A stretch of DNA of 64,000 nt from Bacteroidota bacterium. Lineage in GTDB: Bacteria; Bacteroidota; Bacteroidia; Bacteroidales; WCHB1-69. Each line of letters opens with the position of its first letter. The first letter of the stretch is position 1. The translations under genes were made by a program, and so were the position numbers. The stretch covers positions 1,652 to 65,651 of the forward strand of contig WQTS01000138.1 of NCBI GenBank assembly GCA_009786185.1, in the 5' to 3' direction. This document shows, piece by piece, positions 28,124 through 38,494 of this stretch. The notes under the pieces are model-generated. The model worked only from the letters and a program-made list of their open reading frames with translations, was not told the origin of the DNA and made no database searches.

Positions 28124-28480
28124 TTATTTCATTGATTTTAACGCCTTTGCCAATTGATCCGGACAAGAAGTTGATTTTTCCTTACACGTAATCCCCTCCA
28201 ATTTAGCAATAGCATCGTCTATTTGCATGCCTTCTACTAATTGCGCTACGGCAAATGTATTTCCGGGACACCCTTTGGTGAATGTTACACTGCGAATCGT
28301 ATCATTAATTACAGAAATATCTATCTGTTGGCTGCAAACGCCTTCCGGAATAAACGTAATATCTTTTGTAATCATCTCTTCTTGAATTAATACATTTTCA
28401 TTACTAATATTCTTTTGATTATTACAACTTAACAAGCATAAAGACCCTAAGGTCATTAATATAACAATAGTTTTTCTCAT
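28124..28480 (-). CDS. TSCPD-domain protein with lipoprotein signal (start reassigned to MRKTIV)
   Basis: GVCS..I, GCPGN, LVEGM, GITC..KSTSCPDQLAKAL; lipobox LLS-C. Confidence 0.8.
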   Translation of the reverse strand: MRKTIVILMTLGSLCLLSCNNQKNISNENVLIQEEMITKDITFIPEGVCSQQIDISVINDTIRSVTFTKGCPGNTFAVAQLVEGMQIDDAIAKLEGITCKEKSTSCPDQLAKALKSMK

Positions 28481-28484
28481 GATA

Positions 28485-30734
28485 CTAGAATCTTCTTGGT
28501 GGACGACCATTATTTCCATTTCCGGGGCGTCTTTCACCTCTTTCGCCTCTGTCATTTCTGTCACCTCTATCGGGTCTTGGTCCTCTTGCAGGTCTTGGAG
28601 TCGGCTCTACCCAACCTTCCGGTTTGGGTAATAACGCTCTATGTGAGAGTTTGAATTTGCCTTTATCGTCAATTGCGATGAGTTTTACCTTAATTTCGTC
28701 GCCTTCTTTCAACACATCGGCAACATTGTCAATGCGCTTGTAGTCGATCTCGGAAACGTGGAGCAAACCTTCAACATTGGGCAAAAACTCTACAAATGCG
28801 CCAAATGTTTGAATGCCTTTTACAACACCGTCATACACTTCGCCTACTTCGGGAGCAGTAGTTAAACCTTTAATTTTTTCTACGGCGCGATTAATATCAT
28901 CTAAATTGGCAGCTGCCACATCTACAATACCTACACCGCCTTTTTCTTCAATATTGATCACCGTATTGGTTTCGCGTTGTAGCTCTTGAATTACCTTGCC
29001 GGCAGTTCCAATTACCGCACCAATATACTCTTTCGGGATAATTAATTGTACGATGCGCGGAACGAATGGCTTGTAATCTTCGCGTGGCTCCGGCATCGCT
29101 TCATTCATTTTCTCTAAAATGTGCAGACGACCTCTGCGCGCCTGTTCCAATGCTTCTGCCATGATTTCGGAAGATAAACCGTTGATTTTTATGTCCATTT
29201 GGCAAGCGGTGATTCCGTCTTTTGTGCCACACACTTTAAAATCCATATCTCCCAAATGATCCTCATCACCCAAAATATCGGATAAAATGGCATATTTTCC
29301 TGTTTTTTCGTCGGTAATTAAACCCATGGCAATTCCTGAAACCGGTTTTTTAATTTTAACACCGCAATCCATCAATGCTAATATTCCTGCACAAACGGTT
29401 GCCATAGAGGAGCTTCCGTTCGATTCTAAAATGTCGGAAACCATACGAACCGTGTATGGAAAATCGGTACTATCAAACGGAATCATTGACTTTATCGCAC
29501 GATGCGCTAAGTTTCCGTGTCCAATTTCGCGGCGTCCGGCACTGCCGATACGTTTAACTTCGCCTACCGAAAACGGCGGGAAGTTATAATGCAAAATAAA
29601 GCGGCTGGAACCTTCAATTACAGCGCCATCAATCGTTTGTTCATCTAATTTTGTTCCTAATGTACAAGTAGTTAACGATTGTGTTTCACCTCTTGTAAAA
29701 ATGGCGGAACCGTGTACGGAAGGTAAATAATCGGTTTCAACCCATATTGGACGCACTTGATCTAAAGCACGACCATCCAAACGGGTTCTGTCGTTCAAAA
29801 TCATACTACGCATCGCATCATACTCAACGTCATGGTAGTAGCGTTTCACCAGAGGTTTCTTTTCAACGCGCTCTTCTTCTGGCATTGCTTCCAAAAATTC
29901 GTTGAAAATCACTTCAAAAGCATCACCTCTTTCGTGTTTGGTAGTTTGCGATTTGGCTACGGCAAGTACTTTATCGTAAGTAGCTTTATATATTGCTTCG
30001 CGCAATTCCTCATCGTTATTTTCGTGACAATATTCGCGTTTTGGATTGGCTTTTGTTACCATTGCTGCCAGTTCTAATTGCGCTTGACATTGTATTTTAA
30101 TCGCTTCGTGCGCAAAATTCAATGCAGCCACCATATCGGCTTCCGAAATCTCTTTCATTTCGCCTTCCACCATCATAATGTTTTCCATTGACGCGGCTAC
30201 AATCATGTCAATATCAGAATATTGCATATTTTCTACAGTAGGATTGATTACAAATTGTCCGTCAATTCTGCCCACGCGCACTTCCGAAATCGGTCCCAAA
30301 AACGGGATATCGGAAACAGCTAATGCAGAAGAGGCTGCTAAACAAGCCAATGCATCGGGAAGGTTGTTTTTATCGCCCGACATCAGCGTAACCAACACTT
30401 GTGTTTCTGCATGAAAATCGTCCGGAAACAGCGGACGGAGCGCTCTATCCACCAATCGTGCAATCAAAATTTCGTACTCCGAAGGCCTGCTTTCACGTTT
30501 AAAGAAACCGCCCGGAAAGCGTCCCACAGCGGCATATTTCTCTTGATATTCTACTTGTAACGGCATAAAATCCACGTTCTCTGCCGCTTCTTTTTTACAA
30601 CATACCGTAGCCAACAACATGGTGTCTCCCATTCTCACAACGACTGCACCGTCGGCTTGTTTGGCTAATTTTCCTGTTTCAATGGTAACTTCTCTTCCGT
30701 CACCCAAATCAAATTTTTTTGTAATTCCAATCAT
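28485..30734 (-). CDS. pnp: Polyribonucleotide nucleotidyltransferase
   Basis: [39 protein letters not shown] and S1 domains. Confidence 0.97.
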   Translation of the reverse strand: MIGITKKFDLGDGREVTIETGKLAKQADGAVVVRMGDTMLLATVCCKKEAAENVDFMPLQVEYQEKYAAVGRFPGGFFKRESRPSEYEILIARLVDRALRPLFPDDFHAETQVLVTLMSGDKNNLPDALACLAASSALAVSDIPFLGPISEVRVGRIDGQFVINPTVENMQYSDIDMIVAASMENIMMVEGEMKEISEADMVAALNFAHEAIKIQCQAQLELAAMVTKANPKREYCHENNDEELREAIYKATYDKVLAVAKSQTTKHERGDAFEVIFNEFLEAMPEEERVEKKPLVKRYYHDVEYDAMRSMILNDRTRLDGRALDQVRPIWVETDYLPSVHGSAIFTRGETQSLTTCTLGTKLDEQTIDGAVIEGSSRFILHYNFPPFSVGEVKRIGSAGRREIGHGNLAHRAIKSMIPFDSTDFPYTVRMVSDILESNGSSSMATVCAGILALMDCGVKIKKPVSGIAMGLITDEKTGKYAILSDILGDEDHLGDMDFKVCGTKDGITACQMDIKINGLSSEIMAEALEQARRGRLHILEKMNEAMPEPREDYKPFVPRIVQLIIPKEYIGAVIGTAGKVIQELQRETNTVINIEEKGGVGIVDVAAANLDDINRAVEKIKGLTTAPEVGEVYDGVVKGIQTFGAFVEFLPNVEGLLHVSEIDYKRIDNVADVLKEGDEIKVKLIAIDDKGKFKLSHRALLPKPEGWVEPTPRPARGPRPDRGDRNDRGERGERRPGNGNNGRPPRRF

Positions 30735-30794
30735 AAATTTAAATCTTAATTAGTTAAACTGTGTCTTCAATATTCTAAATAGTTATTATAATGC

Positions 30795-30829
30795 AAAAAA
30801 AGGCACTTTCCAAATGAAATGCCTTTTTT
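30795..30829 (-). terminator. Intrinsic terminator after rpsO
   Basis: A-tract-ggca(c)tttc..gaaatgcc-T-tract. Confidence 0.65.
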
Positions 30830-30850
30830 GAACTTTTTATTTGTCGTTTA

Positions 30851-31120
30851 TTATTTTCTTAATCCTAACTTTTTAATAATCGCTCTGTAACGTTCAATAT
30901 CTTCTCGTTTAAGATATTCTAACATTTTTCTACGTTTACCAACCAAATTTATTAACGAACGTTTGGTAGCCAAATCTTTTTTATTTTTCTTCAAATGTTC
31001 GGTTAAATGTTTGATTCTGTGTGTAAATAAAGCTACTTGGCTTTCTGCGGAACCGGTATCGGTTGCACTGTTTCCGTGTTCTGCAAAAATTTGCTGTTTA
31101 ACTTCCGGGGTCAAATACAT
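30851..31120 (-). CDS. rpsO: 30S ribosomal protein S15
   Basis: DTGSAESQVALFT.RI.HLTEHLK, LVGKRRKMLEYL, LGLRK. Confidence 0.97.
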   Translation of the reverse strand: MYLTPEVKQQIFAEHGNSATDTGSAESQVALFTHRIKHLTEHLKKNKKDLATKRSLINLVGKRRKMLEYLKREDIERYRAIIKKLGLRK

Positions 31121-31184
31121 AATAATCTTCTTCTTTTAATAATTTTTTCCTTTTACTTTAATGGGCGGCAAAAATATAAAAATT

Positions 31185-31802
31185 TCAATATACATGAACG
31201 CCTCTTTTTTTCCATTTTTTCAACCGGCATTTTATAGCAGGCGAGCTGTCCTGCGTAAGTATTTCAAGTAAATAACCAATAGTTTCATTACCAATCTGCG
31301 CTTTTTTACGCAGCAATAAGAGTGCTTCAAACGCCCAAATTTGCACAGCTACACGCGTACGAGGTGCTACTACCCACGAAGCTACCGTTTCTGCTAAAAG
31401 TTCATATTCATCTTCTGAAAAAATCAAAACATTGTTTTTTAAGAGATCGGTTAATATTTTTCCAAAATGTCTTTTGGCGCTTTCGTTGGTAATTATCGAC
31501 AGTAATTCGATAAAATCGTCTTTTAAAAATAATAGTATGTTTTTATCTTTAAAATAAAGTGTTTCAAGTAAATATGCAGATCTAAACGCTATTTGCTCGC
31601 GCTCTGTTTTCTTTTTTATCCTTAAATAATCATATGCTGCAGATTGAGACTTCGCCTTTTGCGGATTAAAATAAATAACATCTCGTAATACACTAATGAG
31701 CAATTCTTGTAGCGCTTGTTTTTGAATTTCGTTCACCATTCTTTCAGCGAAATCTTTTTCAAAACGTGTTAGAAAGTGTGCTGTAAAGTGTTCTTTGGTC
31801 AT
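31185..31802 (-). CDS. Hypothetical helical-repeat protein
   Basis: 205-aa ORF coupled to the upstream gene; IAFRSAYLLE, VAVQIWAFEAL resemble HEAT-like Bacteroidetes proteins. Confidence 0.55.
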   Translation of the reverse strand: MTKEHFTAHFLTRFEKDFAERMVNEIQKQALQELLISVLRDVIYFNPQKAKSQSAAYDYLRIKKKTEREQIAFRSAYLLETLYFKDKNILLFLKDDFIELLSIITNESAKRHFGKILTDLLKNNVLIFSEDEYELLAETVASWVVAPRTRVAVQIWAFEALLLLRKKAQIGNETIGYLLEILTQDSSPAIKCRLKKWKKRGVHVY

Positions 31803-33401
31803 TTAAGCTTTTCTAAAAATTTCTTTCGGCGTAACCCACATCAAAAAACACATAAAAAAGGCAAAAAAGTTCAAACCGATAAAGGTTTCCCAGTTAGCAT
31901 CACTGAAGTTTGCTGCCAACATGCTCACAAAAAACAGAGTGATTAAAAAAGGATTGTTTTTCCTCCCTTTAAAAAAGATCCATGTTAAAACACTCAAAAT
32001 ATACAACGTACCTAATATTCCAAAACGAATGAGATAATTAAGGTATTGATTATGAGAGGATCCTGTTTTTTGAAATGCTAATTGCGATTCTGATTCTACA
32101 ATGACTTTTTCGTATGCCAATGCGTTATTTCCCAAGCCAATCCCAAACCAAATATGTTTTTTTATAATATCTACGGCTAATACTGCCAACTCTATTCGTT
32201 GTACTAAAGTTTTTCCATTAGGGTTTCGGGTAATTCTATATTGGTCTATTTCCCAAATAGTTGCATAAATTCGAGGGTAAACACTTAATTTATTTTCTGC
32301 ATAAATATAATTAGGAATTTCGTTTTCAATGTTTTCAATATCTTGCTGCGAAAGTTGCGCAAAACCCTCTGCATCTTTTGTCAACCCTTTACTTGTCATG
32401 TACCTCATTATCAAGCTGCTAAAAGCATAATTATTTGAAGCTTTGCTATCATATTCTCTCTGACTATGCGCATTCCACAACGGAATTAATTCTTCTTCGC
32501 AGATAAACAAGGTAACATAATGTCCATTTTCTTTAGTTTTATTCTCAAAATGATGGTAATACGGATTCCCATTTGCCGTATGGGTTCTTATTTCATCAGG
32601 ATGATATTCTATAGTATTGTAAAACTTTTGAACGCAGCTATATATGTAAAATATGGGAAAAACGGTTATCAAAATAAGCAATCCCCAAAAAGTAAATTTA
32701 AGCAGCTTGTTTTTCGTTTTCCATATTAACATGAGCAGCGCAGCAAACGACATTACGCCAAAATAAAGATAAGCGCTGAACGATTTTAGTGAAAACAAAG
32801 CGCTGATTAAAAATACAATAAGGAGAAATAAGAGAGATTTTTGAAGCCATGAAAATTTTCCATTGAGAATAAAATAGAAGATGAGCCAAATTACAAAGGC
32901 AATTTGAAAAGAAAAAGGAATGTGATCTACCCATGTAACTTTCCTAAAATCGAAAAAATAGATGGTATCAATAAAAAGCAATTTGAATAAAGCTACGCCT
33001 GCGGCGATAGAAACCACCGAAATATAAAATCCCAATAAACGACAAGTATTTTTAGATGAAATAGGAGCTGAAGAACCTAATACAAAAGCTAATATAAACC
33101 AAGTTAAGCTTTTGTTAAACTCTTGTAAGCCTAAAGAAAAATTATGTGTAAAACAAAGCCCAATCAAATATATCACAGGAATGGACATCATTAAAAGTGC
33201 ACCGGTGTTATGTATTAATCTGCTCCACTTTGCTTTATAATCTCCTGTCAATATCCAAACGATAAGCAAGGCAACGGAAGTAACACTTATTAAAGCAATA
33301 GACGTGGGCAAAGAAACCAAAAACGCGCCCAATGAAATAAGATATAAGTTTTCTTTCCAGTTATGTATGAGCGATCGACAATATCTTTTTAACATGAACA
33401 A
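31803..33401 (-). CDS. O-antigen ligase family membrane protein
   Basis: Multiple TM segments; R..L....IKKH.WFGIGLG and SHNQYL....RFGILG. Confidence 0.8.
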   Translation of the reverse strand: MFMLKRYCRSLIHNWKENLYLISLGAFLVSLPTSIALISVTSVALLIVWILTGDYKAKWSRLIHNTGALLMMSIPVIYLIGLCFTHNFSLGLQEFNKSLTWFILAFVLGSSAPISSKNTCRLLGFYISVVSIAAGVALFKLLFIDTIYFFDFRKVTWVDHIPFSFQIAFVIWLIFYFILNGKFSWLQKSLLFLLIVFLISALFSLKSFSAYLYFGVMSFAALLMLIWKTKNKLLKFTFWGLLILITVFPIFYIYSCVQKFYNTIEYHPDEIRTHTANGNPYYHHFENKTKENGHYVTLFICEEELIPLWNAHSQREYDSKASNNYAFSSLIMRYMTSKGLTKDAEGFAQLSQQDIENIENEIPNYIYAENKLSVYPRIYATIWEIDQYRITRNPNGKTLVQRIELAVLAVDIIKKHIWFGIGLGNNALAYEKVIVESESQLAFQKTGSSHNQYLNYLIRFGILGTLYILSVLTWIFFKGRKNNPFLITLFFVSMLAANFSDANWETFIGLNFFAFFMCFLMWVTPKEIFRKA

Positions 33402-33429
33402 TTGTTTATATCAATAGCGCAAATTAACC

Positions 33430-34740
33430 TTAATTATTGTACAAGTTTTTTAAATCATATAAAGCTTTCAAATATTGTACTTCATGTACTATTTTTTGTG
33501 CTCTTGCGGCGTGTTCCATATTTAAATCACGCATCAAGTCGGTAACACTCATGGTGCCGTGCTCGGTTTTTGCCAGAGAAGCCCTGTAAATGTTTTCGCG
33601 CATACGAATAATCTCGTCGTCGGAAGCTAAAATTTTTCTATATTGTTCTGCTATGGCGCGTTGTTGCTTTGTTTGAATGGATTGATTGAGCAAAAAAAGT
33701 TGTCTGCTTAGTTCAATATTATGGATATTATTTTCGATAATGCGTTTTTCGTTTTTTAGGGTATAAAGATTTCCGAATCCCCAATTGAGCTGCACGCCGC
33801 CAATGGCATACAATTTTCCGTCAACATCAAACATGTTTAAGCCGGGTCGGGCAAAGCCGCCTTGCAGAAAAAAACCGATTTTAGGCATATTCTTGGCAGT
33901 AATTTGCATATTTTGAATTTTTTGCGCCTCAATGGAAATGTCAAAAAGCTGTAATTCTAATCTATTGTTCGACTCTTGAATTGTAATAATCTCCGGTTTC
34001 TGCAAAGCGACATCGGGAGCTAATTCTTCGCCCATAAACGCGCCCAGCATTGCCACAAAAGCTTCTCGCATGGTAACAAGCTGTATTACACTTTGTTCTG
34101 CGGATATTTGTTCTACTCTCACCGCATCCATATCTGATTCGTTTGCAAATCCCAATTCTACAAAGTTAGCTACTTTATCCAGATTGCGCTGCAACTCTTG
34201 CAAATTCACTTTCAACTGTTCTATTTGGCTGTCGTACAAAATAATACCAAAAAAGAGGTCGTTTATACGCGCCCTTAAAGCGTATATATCTACTTCGTTT
34301 TGTTTGCGTTGCACTTGAGATGCGGCTTGAATTGTTTTCTTTGCCGATCGGATTTGCCCACCATCCCAAATAATTTGATTCAATTGCAGATACGCTTGGT
34401 ATTGATCTTTGGGAACTTCCACACTCAAATTAATGGGCGGGGGCACCGACAAACTCGGCGCATCGGTTTGCAAAGAAGCTTTGCCGTAGAGTTGAAGCTG
34501 CGGAATCCACGCGCGGGAGGCGTTTTGCAGGTTGTACTTTTCGCTCAGATCAATTAGATCCAACTGTTGGATGAGGGGGTGGTTTTTTTCGGTTTTTTCG
34601 TGGCACTCGGAGAGGGTGAGGGGTTGGGCTGTTGCAAAAAAGGGGAAAAAGCAGAAAGCAGAAAGGAGAAGATGGAAGACGGAAAGTGGTTTGCGTGATG
34701 CGAGGTATGGGGGGGATGAGGTTTTATTTTGAGATTTCAT
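33430..34740 (-). CDS. TolC family outer membrane efflux protein
   Basis: LTLSEC....KNHPL, Q.IWDGG, helical repeats, GGVQLNW. Confidence 0.85.
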   Translation of the reverse strand: MKSQNKTSSPPYLASRKPLSVFHLLLSAFCFFPFFATAQPLTLSECHEKTEKNHPLIQQLDLIDLSEKYNLQNASRAWIPQLQLYGKASLQTDAPSLSVPPPINLSVEVPKDQYQAYLQLNQIIWDGGQIRSAKKTIQAASQVQRKQNEVDIYALRARINDLFFGIILYDSQIEQLKVNLQELQRNLDKVANFVELGFANESDMDAVRVEQISAEQSVIQLVTMREAFVAMLGAFMGEELAPDVALQKPEIITIQESNNRLELQLFDISIEAQKIQNMQITAKNMPKIGFFLQGGFARPGLNMFDVDGKLYAIGGVQLNWGFGNLYTLKNEKRIIENNIHNIELSRQLFLLNQSIQTKQQRAIAEQYRKILASDDEIIRMRENIYRASLAKTEHGTMSVTDLMRDLNMEHAARAQKIVHEVQYLKALYDLKNLYNN

Positions 34741-34922
34741 TGTTTAATAATTTTCCTTGTTTTGGTTTTGCAATAATAATAATTTTCTTTGACATCTGTA
34801 ACAAAAAATAAAAAACAAATCTTATTTTGCTTTATTTAAGCAGCAAAACAACAAAGCTTTCATCAATTACAAGAAAACCAATAAAAAAACGTTACACTTA
34901 CTTAATCGAATAAATTCAAAAT

Positions 34923-35927
34923 ATGGAGCAACTTTACAAAATAGGTATCACCCACGGAGATTTAAATGGTATTAGTTATGAGGTAATTATGAAGGCGCTC
35001 GCCGATCCCAAAATTATGGAGATTTGTACGCCTGTGGTGTATGGACTGGCTAAAGCAGCAAGCTACCACAGAAAAGTATTGGAAATGAATGATTTTTCTT
35101 TCCAGTTTGTTAAAAATGCGCAACAATCTGCTCCGAAAAAACCTAATTTGATTAATCTTGGTGATGAAGAAGTGAAAATTGTGCTGGGAGAAAGTTCGGA
35201 AGTCGGCGGAAAAATGGCATCCTTAGCGCTAAATGTAGCTTGCAACGATCTGAAAAATAAAGCTATAGACGCAATCGTAACGGCGCCCATCCATAAACAT
35301 AATATTCAATCGCCGAATTTTAATTTTGCCGGGCATACCGAGTTTTTTAGCGCACAATTTAACGTTCAAAACACCATGATGTTAATGGTGGCAGAAAATA
35401 TTAAAGTGGGCTTTGTTACCAATCATATTCCAATAAACGAAATGGGTAAGGTGTTAACTACGGAGCTGGTTTTAAGAAAAATTAAGATACTCAATGATTC
35501 GTTACTGAAAGATTTTTTGTGTACCCATCCTAAAATTGCGGTGCTGGCGCTCAATCCGCATGCCGGCGATAAAGGATTGCTTGGAAAAGAAGAGGTTAAT
35601 ATCTTGAAACCTGCAATTAACCAAGCATTTGACCAAAATATTAATGCTTTTGGTCCTTTTCCGGCTGATGGATTTTTTGCTTCCGGACAGTATGAGCAGT
35701 TTGATGCGGTGTTGGCAATGTACCACGACCAAGGCATGATTCCTTTTAAATTGTTGGCGTATGAGGGCGGTGTGAATTTTACCGCCGGTTTGCCCATCGT
35801 AAGAACTTCGCCTGCCCATGGAACAGGATATGATATTGCAGGGAAAAATATCGCTTCACCCGACTCCCTGAGACATGCCATCTATTTGGCAATTGATATT
35901 TTAAACAATCGAAAAGCAATTCAATAG
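34923..35927 (+). CDS. pdxA: 4-hydroxythreonine-4-phosphate dehydrogenase
   Basis: GITHGDLNGI, VTAPIHK, GHTE, LNPHAGD, AMYHDQG, RTSPAHGT. Confidence 0.93.
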   Translation: MEQLYKIGITHGDLNGISYEVIMKALADPKIMEICTPVVYGLAKAASYHRKVLEMNDFSFQFVKNAQQSAPKKPNLINLGDEEVKIVLGESSEVGGKMASLALNVACNDLKNKAIDAIVTAPIHKHNIQSPNFNFAGHTEFFSAQFNVQNTMMLMVAENIKVGFVTNHIPINEMGKVLTTELVLRKIKILNDSLLKDFLCTHPKIAVLALNPHAGDKGLLGKEEVNILKPAINQAFDQNINAFGPFPADGFFASGQYEQFDAVLAMYHDQGMIPFKLLAYEGGVNFTAGLPIVRTSPAHGTGYDIAGKNIASPDSLRHAIYLAIDILNNRKAIQ

Positions 35928-35928
35928 C

Positions 35929-38391
35929 ATGCTTTTACCCAATAAAATTGTACAAATTATTACACCTAAAAACAACCTTGTTTCTGATCCGGATTGGGGT
36001 ATTTCAGAGTTGGGTTTTGATAGCCGAAAACTGACTTTTCCGGCACAAACACTCTTTTTTGCTATAAAAACTGCAAAAAATGATGGACATTTGTACATTC
36101 CTGAGCTAATTAAACAAAAAGTTAAAAACTTTATCGTTAGCGAAAATTTAGATCATTACAAAGATTTTAATGCTAATTTTTATCAGGTGGATGACCCTGT
36201 GTGGGCAATGCAGCAAATAGCGGCGGAACATAGAAAAAATTTCAACTACCCTGTGGTAGGAATTACCGGAAGCAATGGCAAAACTATTGTAAAAGAATGG
36301 TTATCTACGATTTTGTCTAAAGATTTTTCCGTTATAAAAAATCCAAATAGCTATAATTCTCAAATTGGCGTACCGCTTTCGGTTTGGCAAATGAATGCGA
36401 ATTACAATTTTGGAATTTTTGAAGCCGGCATTTCTCAAAAAAATGAAATGGAAAAATTGGAAGCCATAATAAAACCCAATATAGGCATTTTAACAAATAT
36501 TGGGAATGCACATTCCGGATTTTTTGAAAGTGATAAAGAGAAATTATTGGAAAAGTTACGGCTTTTTAAAACTGCATCTACAATCATTTACAATAATGAC
36601 GCTCCGTTAATACGAAAAACATTTGAAAATGACCAATTTGCACATTTGCAAAAAATATCATGGGGAAAACATCAAAATTCACATTATAAAATTGTTTCAC
36701 AAAAGCAACTGCAAAATACTACCATTGTGGAATTTTCACATACGCCGGAGTGGCTCGAAATACCGTTTGTAGATGCTGCTTCTGTAGAAAATGTTTTGCA
36801 TATCAGCGCATTATTGATGTTTATGGGATATTCGCTTTCCGATATTTCGAAGCGATTGTGTTTTCTTTCACCGTTGAGCATGCGCATGGAGGTTAAAGAA
36901 GCTCAAAACCAATCTATCATTATTAATGACACTTATAGCTTAGATGTTAACTCATTACGTATTGCTTTAGATTTTTTGAGTACCCAAACGCAATATGCAA
37001 AAAAAACACTGATTATTTCAGATTTTGAACAGGTAAATTGGGGAGAAAAAGAATATATTGAATTGTCAAAAATATTTGATAACCACAATATTACGAAAAT
37101 GATTGTAGTGGGAAATGAGATGCGAAAATGGCACGGTTATTTTCCGGTAGTAGAAAAATATTTTTATGCTACAACCAACGAGCTTTTAACTCACTTAGAC
37201 GATATTAATATTCGAGACGAGGCGGTATTGATTAAAGGAGCACGCTCTTTTAAGTTTGAACGTGTGGTGCAAGCGTTGCAACTCAAAACGCATCAAACTA
37301 TTTTGCAGGTTGATTTGTCTGCAATTATTCATAATTTGCACTTTTTCAAAAAAATACTTCATCCTGAAACCAAAATTATGGCCATGGTAAAAGCCATGTC
37401 GTACGGATTGGGTGATGCGGAATTGATCAATGAATTGTGTTATCATAAAGTTGATTATTTGGCAGTTGCCTACGCCGATGAAGGAATTACCTTGCGAAAA
37501 AGAAACATTACCCGACCTATCGTTGTATTGGGAGCAGAAGCCAACGGCTTCGATTTGATGATTCGGTATCATTTAGAACCGGAGATTTTTAACTTGTTTT
37601 ATCTAAAAGAACTAATAGCAACGTTGCAAAATTATTCTGAAATTGAAAATTTCCCGATCCATATTAAAGTGGATACCGGAATGCACCGTTTGGGATTTGA
37701 CGAAGATGAAATAGCTGAAATGCTACAATTAGTAAACGCCTCTCCGCAATTAAAAATAGCCTCCGTTTTTACCCATCTGGCAGCTTCGGAAGATGCTAAG
37801 GAAGACGTATTTACACAAGGCCAAATTAACAAATTTAAGGAGGTTTGCCAAAAAATAGATATGCAAATTTCATATCCTTACTTAAAACACATCTTAAATT
37901 CGGCAGGGGTTATGCGTTTTCCCGAGGCACAATTTGATATGGTAAGATTAGGTTTGGGGCTATATGGTTTTTGTCCGCTACCTGAAGTACAGCAGCAACT
38001 GCAATCCGTAATTACCCTTAATAGCGTTATTACACAATTAAAAAAAGTTAAAAAAGGGGGAACGGTTGGCTATAATCGCACCTTTATTGCACCAAAAGAT
38101 ATGCAAATTGCCATCGTTCCGGTGGGCTATGCTGATGGTTTTCCGCGAGAATTTAGCAATGGCGTTGGAGCAATGCTTGTTAGGAATAAAAAATGTCCTA
38201 TAGTAGGAAAAGTGAGTATGGATATGACGATGATTGACGTTACCGGATTAGATATTGCTATAAATGATGAGGTTATAATTTACGATGCCGAAAATTCATT
38301 AGAAAAAATGGGTGCCAAAATCGGAAAAATACCCTATGAGCTTTTGACGGCGATTTCGAAACGTGTACCGAGGATTTATGTGAGGGAATAG
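35929..38391 (+). CDS. alr: Bifunctional MurF-like ligase / alanine racemase
   Basis: GITGSNGKT, SYNSQIGVP; MVKA.SYG, HIKVDTGMHRLG, GYADG, VSMDM; usual Bacteroidetes fusion. Confidence 0.92.
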   Translation: MLLPNKIVQIITPKNNLVSDPDWGISELGFDSRKLTFPAQTLFFAIKTAKNDGHLYIPELIKQKVKNFIVSENLDHYKDFNANFYQVDDPVWAMQQIAAEHRKNFNYPVVGITGSNGKTIVKEWLSTILSKDFSVIKNPNSYNSQIGVPLSVWQMNANYNFGIFEAGISQKNEMEKLEAIIKPNIGILTNIGNAHSGFFESDKEKLLEKLRLFKTASTIIYNNDAPLIRKTFENDQFAHLQKISWGKHQNSHYKIVSQKQLQNTTIVEFSHTPEWLEIPFVDAASVENVLHISALLMFMGYSLSDISKRLCFLSPLSMRMEVKEAQNQSIIINDTYSLDVNSLRIALDFLSTQTQYAKKTLIISDFEQVNWGEKEYIELSKIFDNHNITKMIVVGNEMRKWHGYFPVVEKYFYATTNELLTHLDDINIRDEAVLIKGARSFKFERVVQALQLKTHQTILQVDLSAIIHNLHFFKKILHPETKIMAMVKAMSYGLGDAELINELCYHKVDYLAVAYADEGITLRKRNITRPIVVLGAEANGFDLMIRYHLEPEIFNLFYLKELIATLQNYSEIENFPIHIKVDTGMHRLGFDEDEIAEMLQLVNASPQLKIASVFTHLAASEDAKEDVFTQGQINKFKEVCQKIDMQISYPYLKHILNSAGVMRFPEAQFDMVRLGLGLYGFCPLPEVQQQLQSVITLNSVITQLKKVKKGGTVGYNRTFIAPKDMQIAIVPVGYADGFPREFSNGVGAMLVRNKKCPIVGKVSMDMTMIDVTGLDIAINDEVIIYDAENSLEKMGAKIGKIPYELLTAISKRVPRIYVRE

Positions 38392-38494
38392 CATGATGCG
38401 GTATAACCCTGCCGAATCCCAAAATTTTTCATCTATTAAAATTTAACGCCCGAAAATATTATCTTTGCGCCTTAAAATCGCAAATTTATTATTT

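Noticed and set aside
35929-38391. MurF-Alr fusion as a novelty
   Set aside because: Standard architecture in Bacteroidetes
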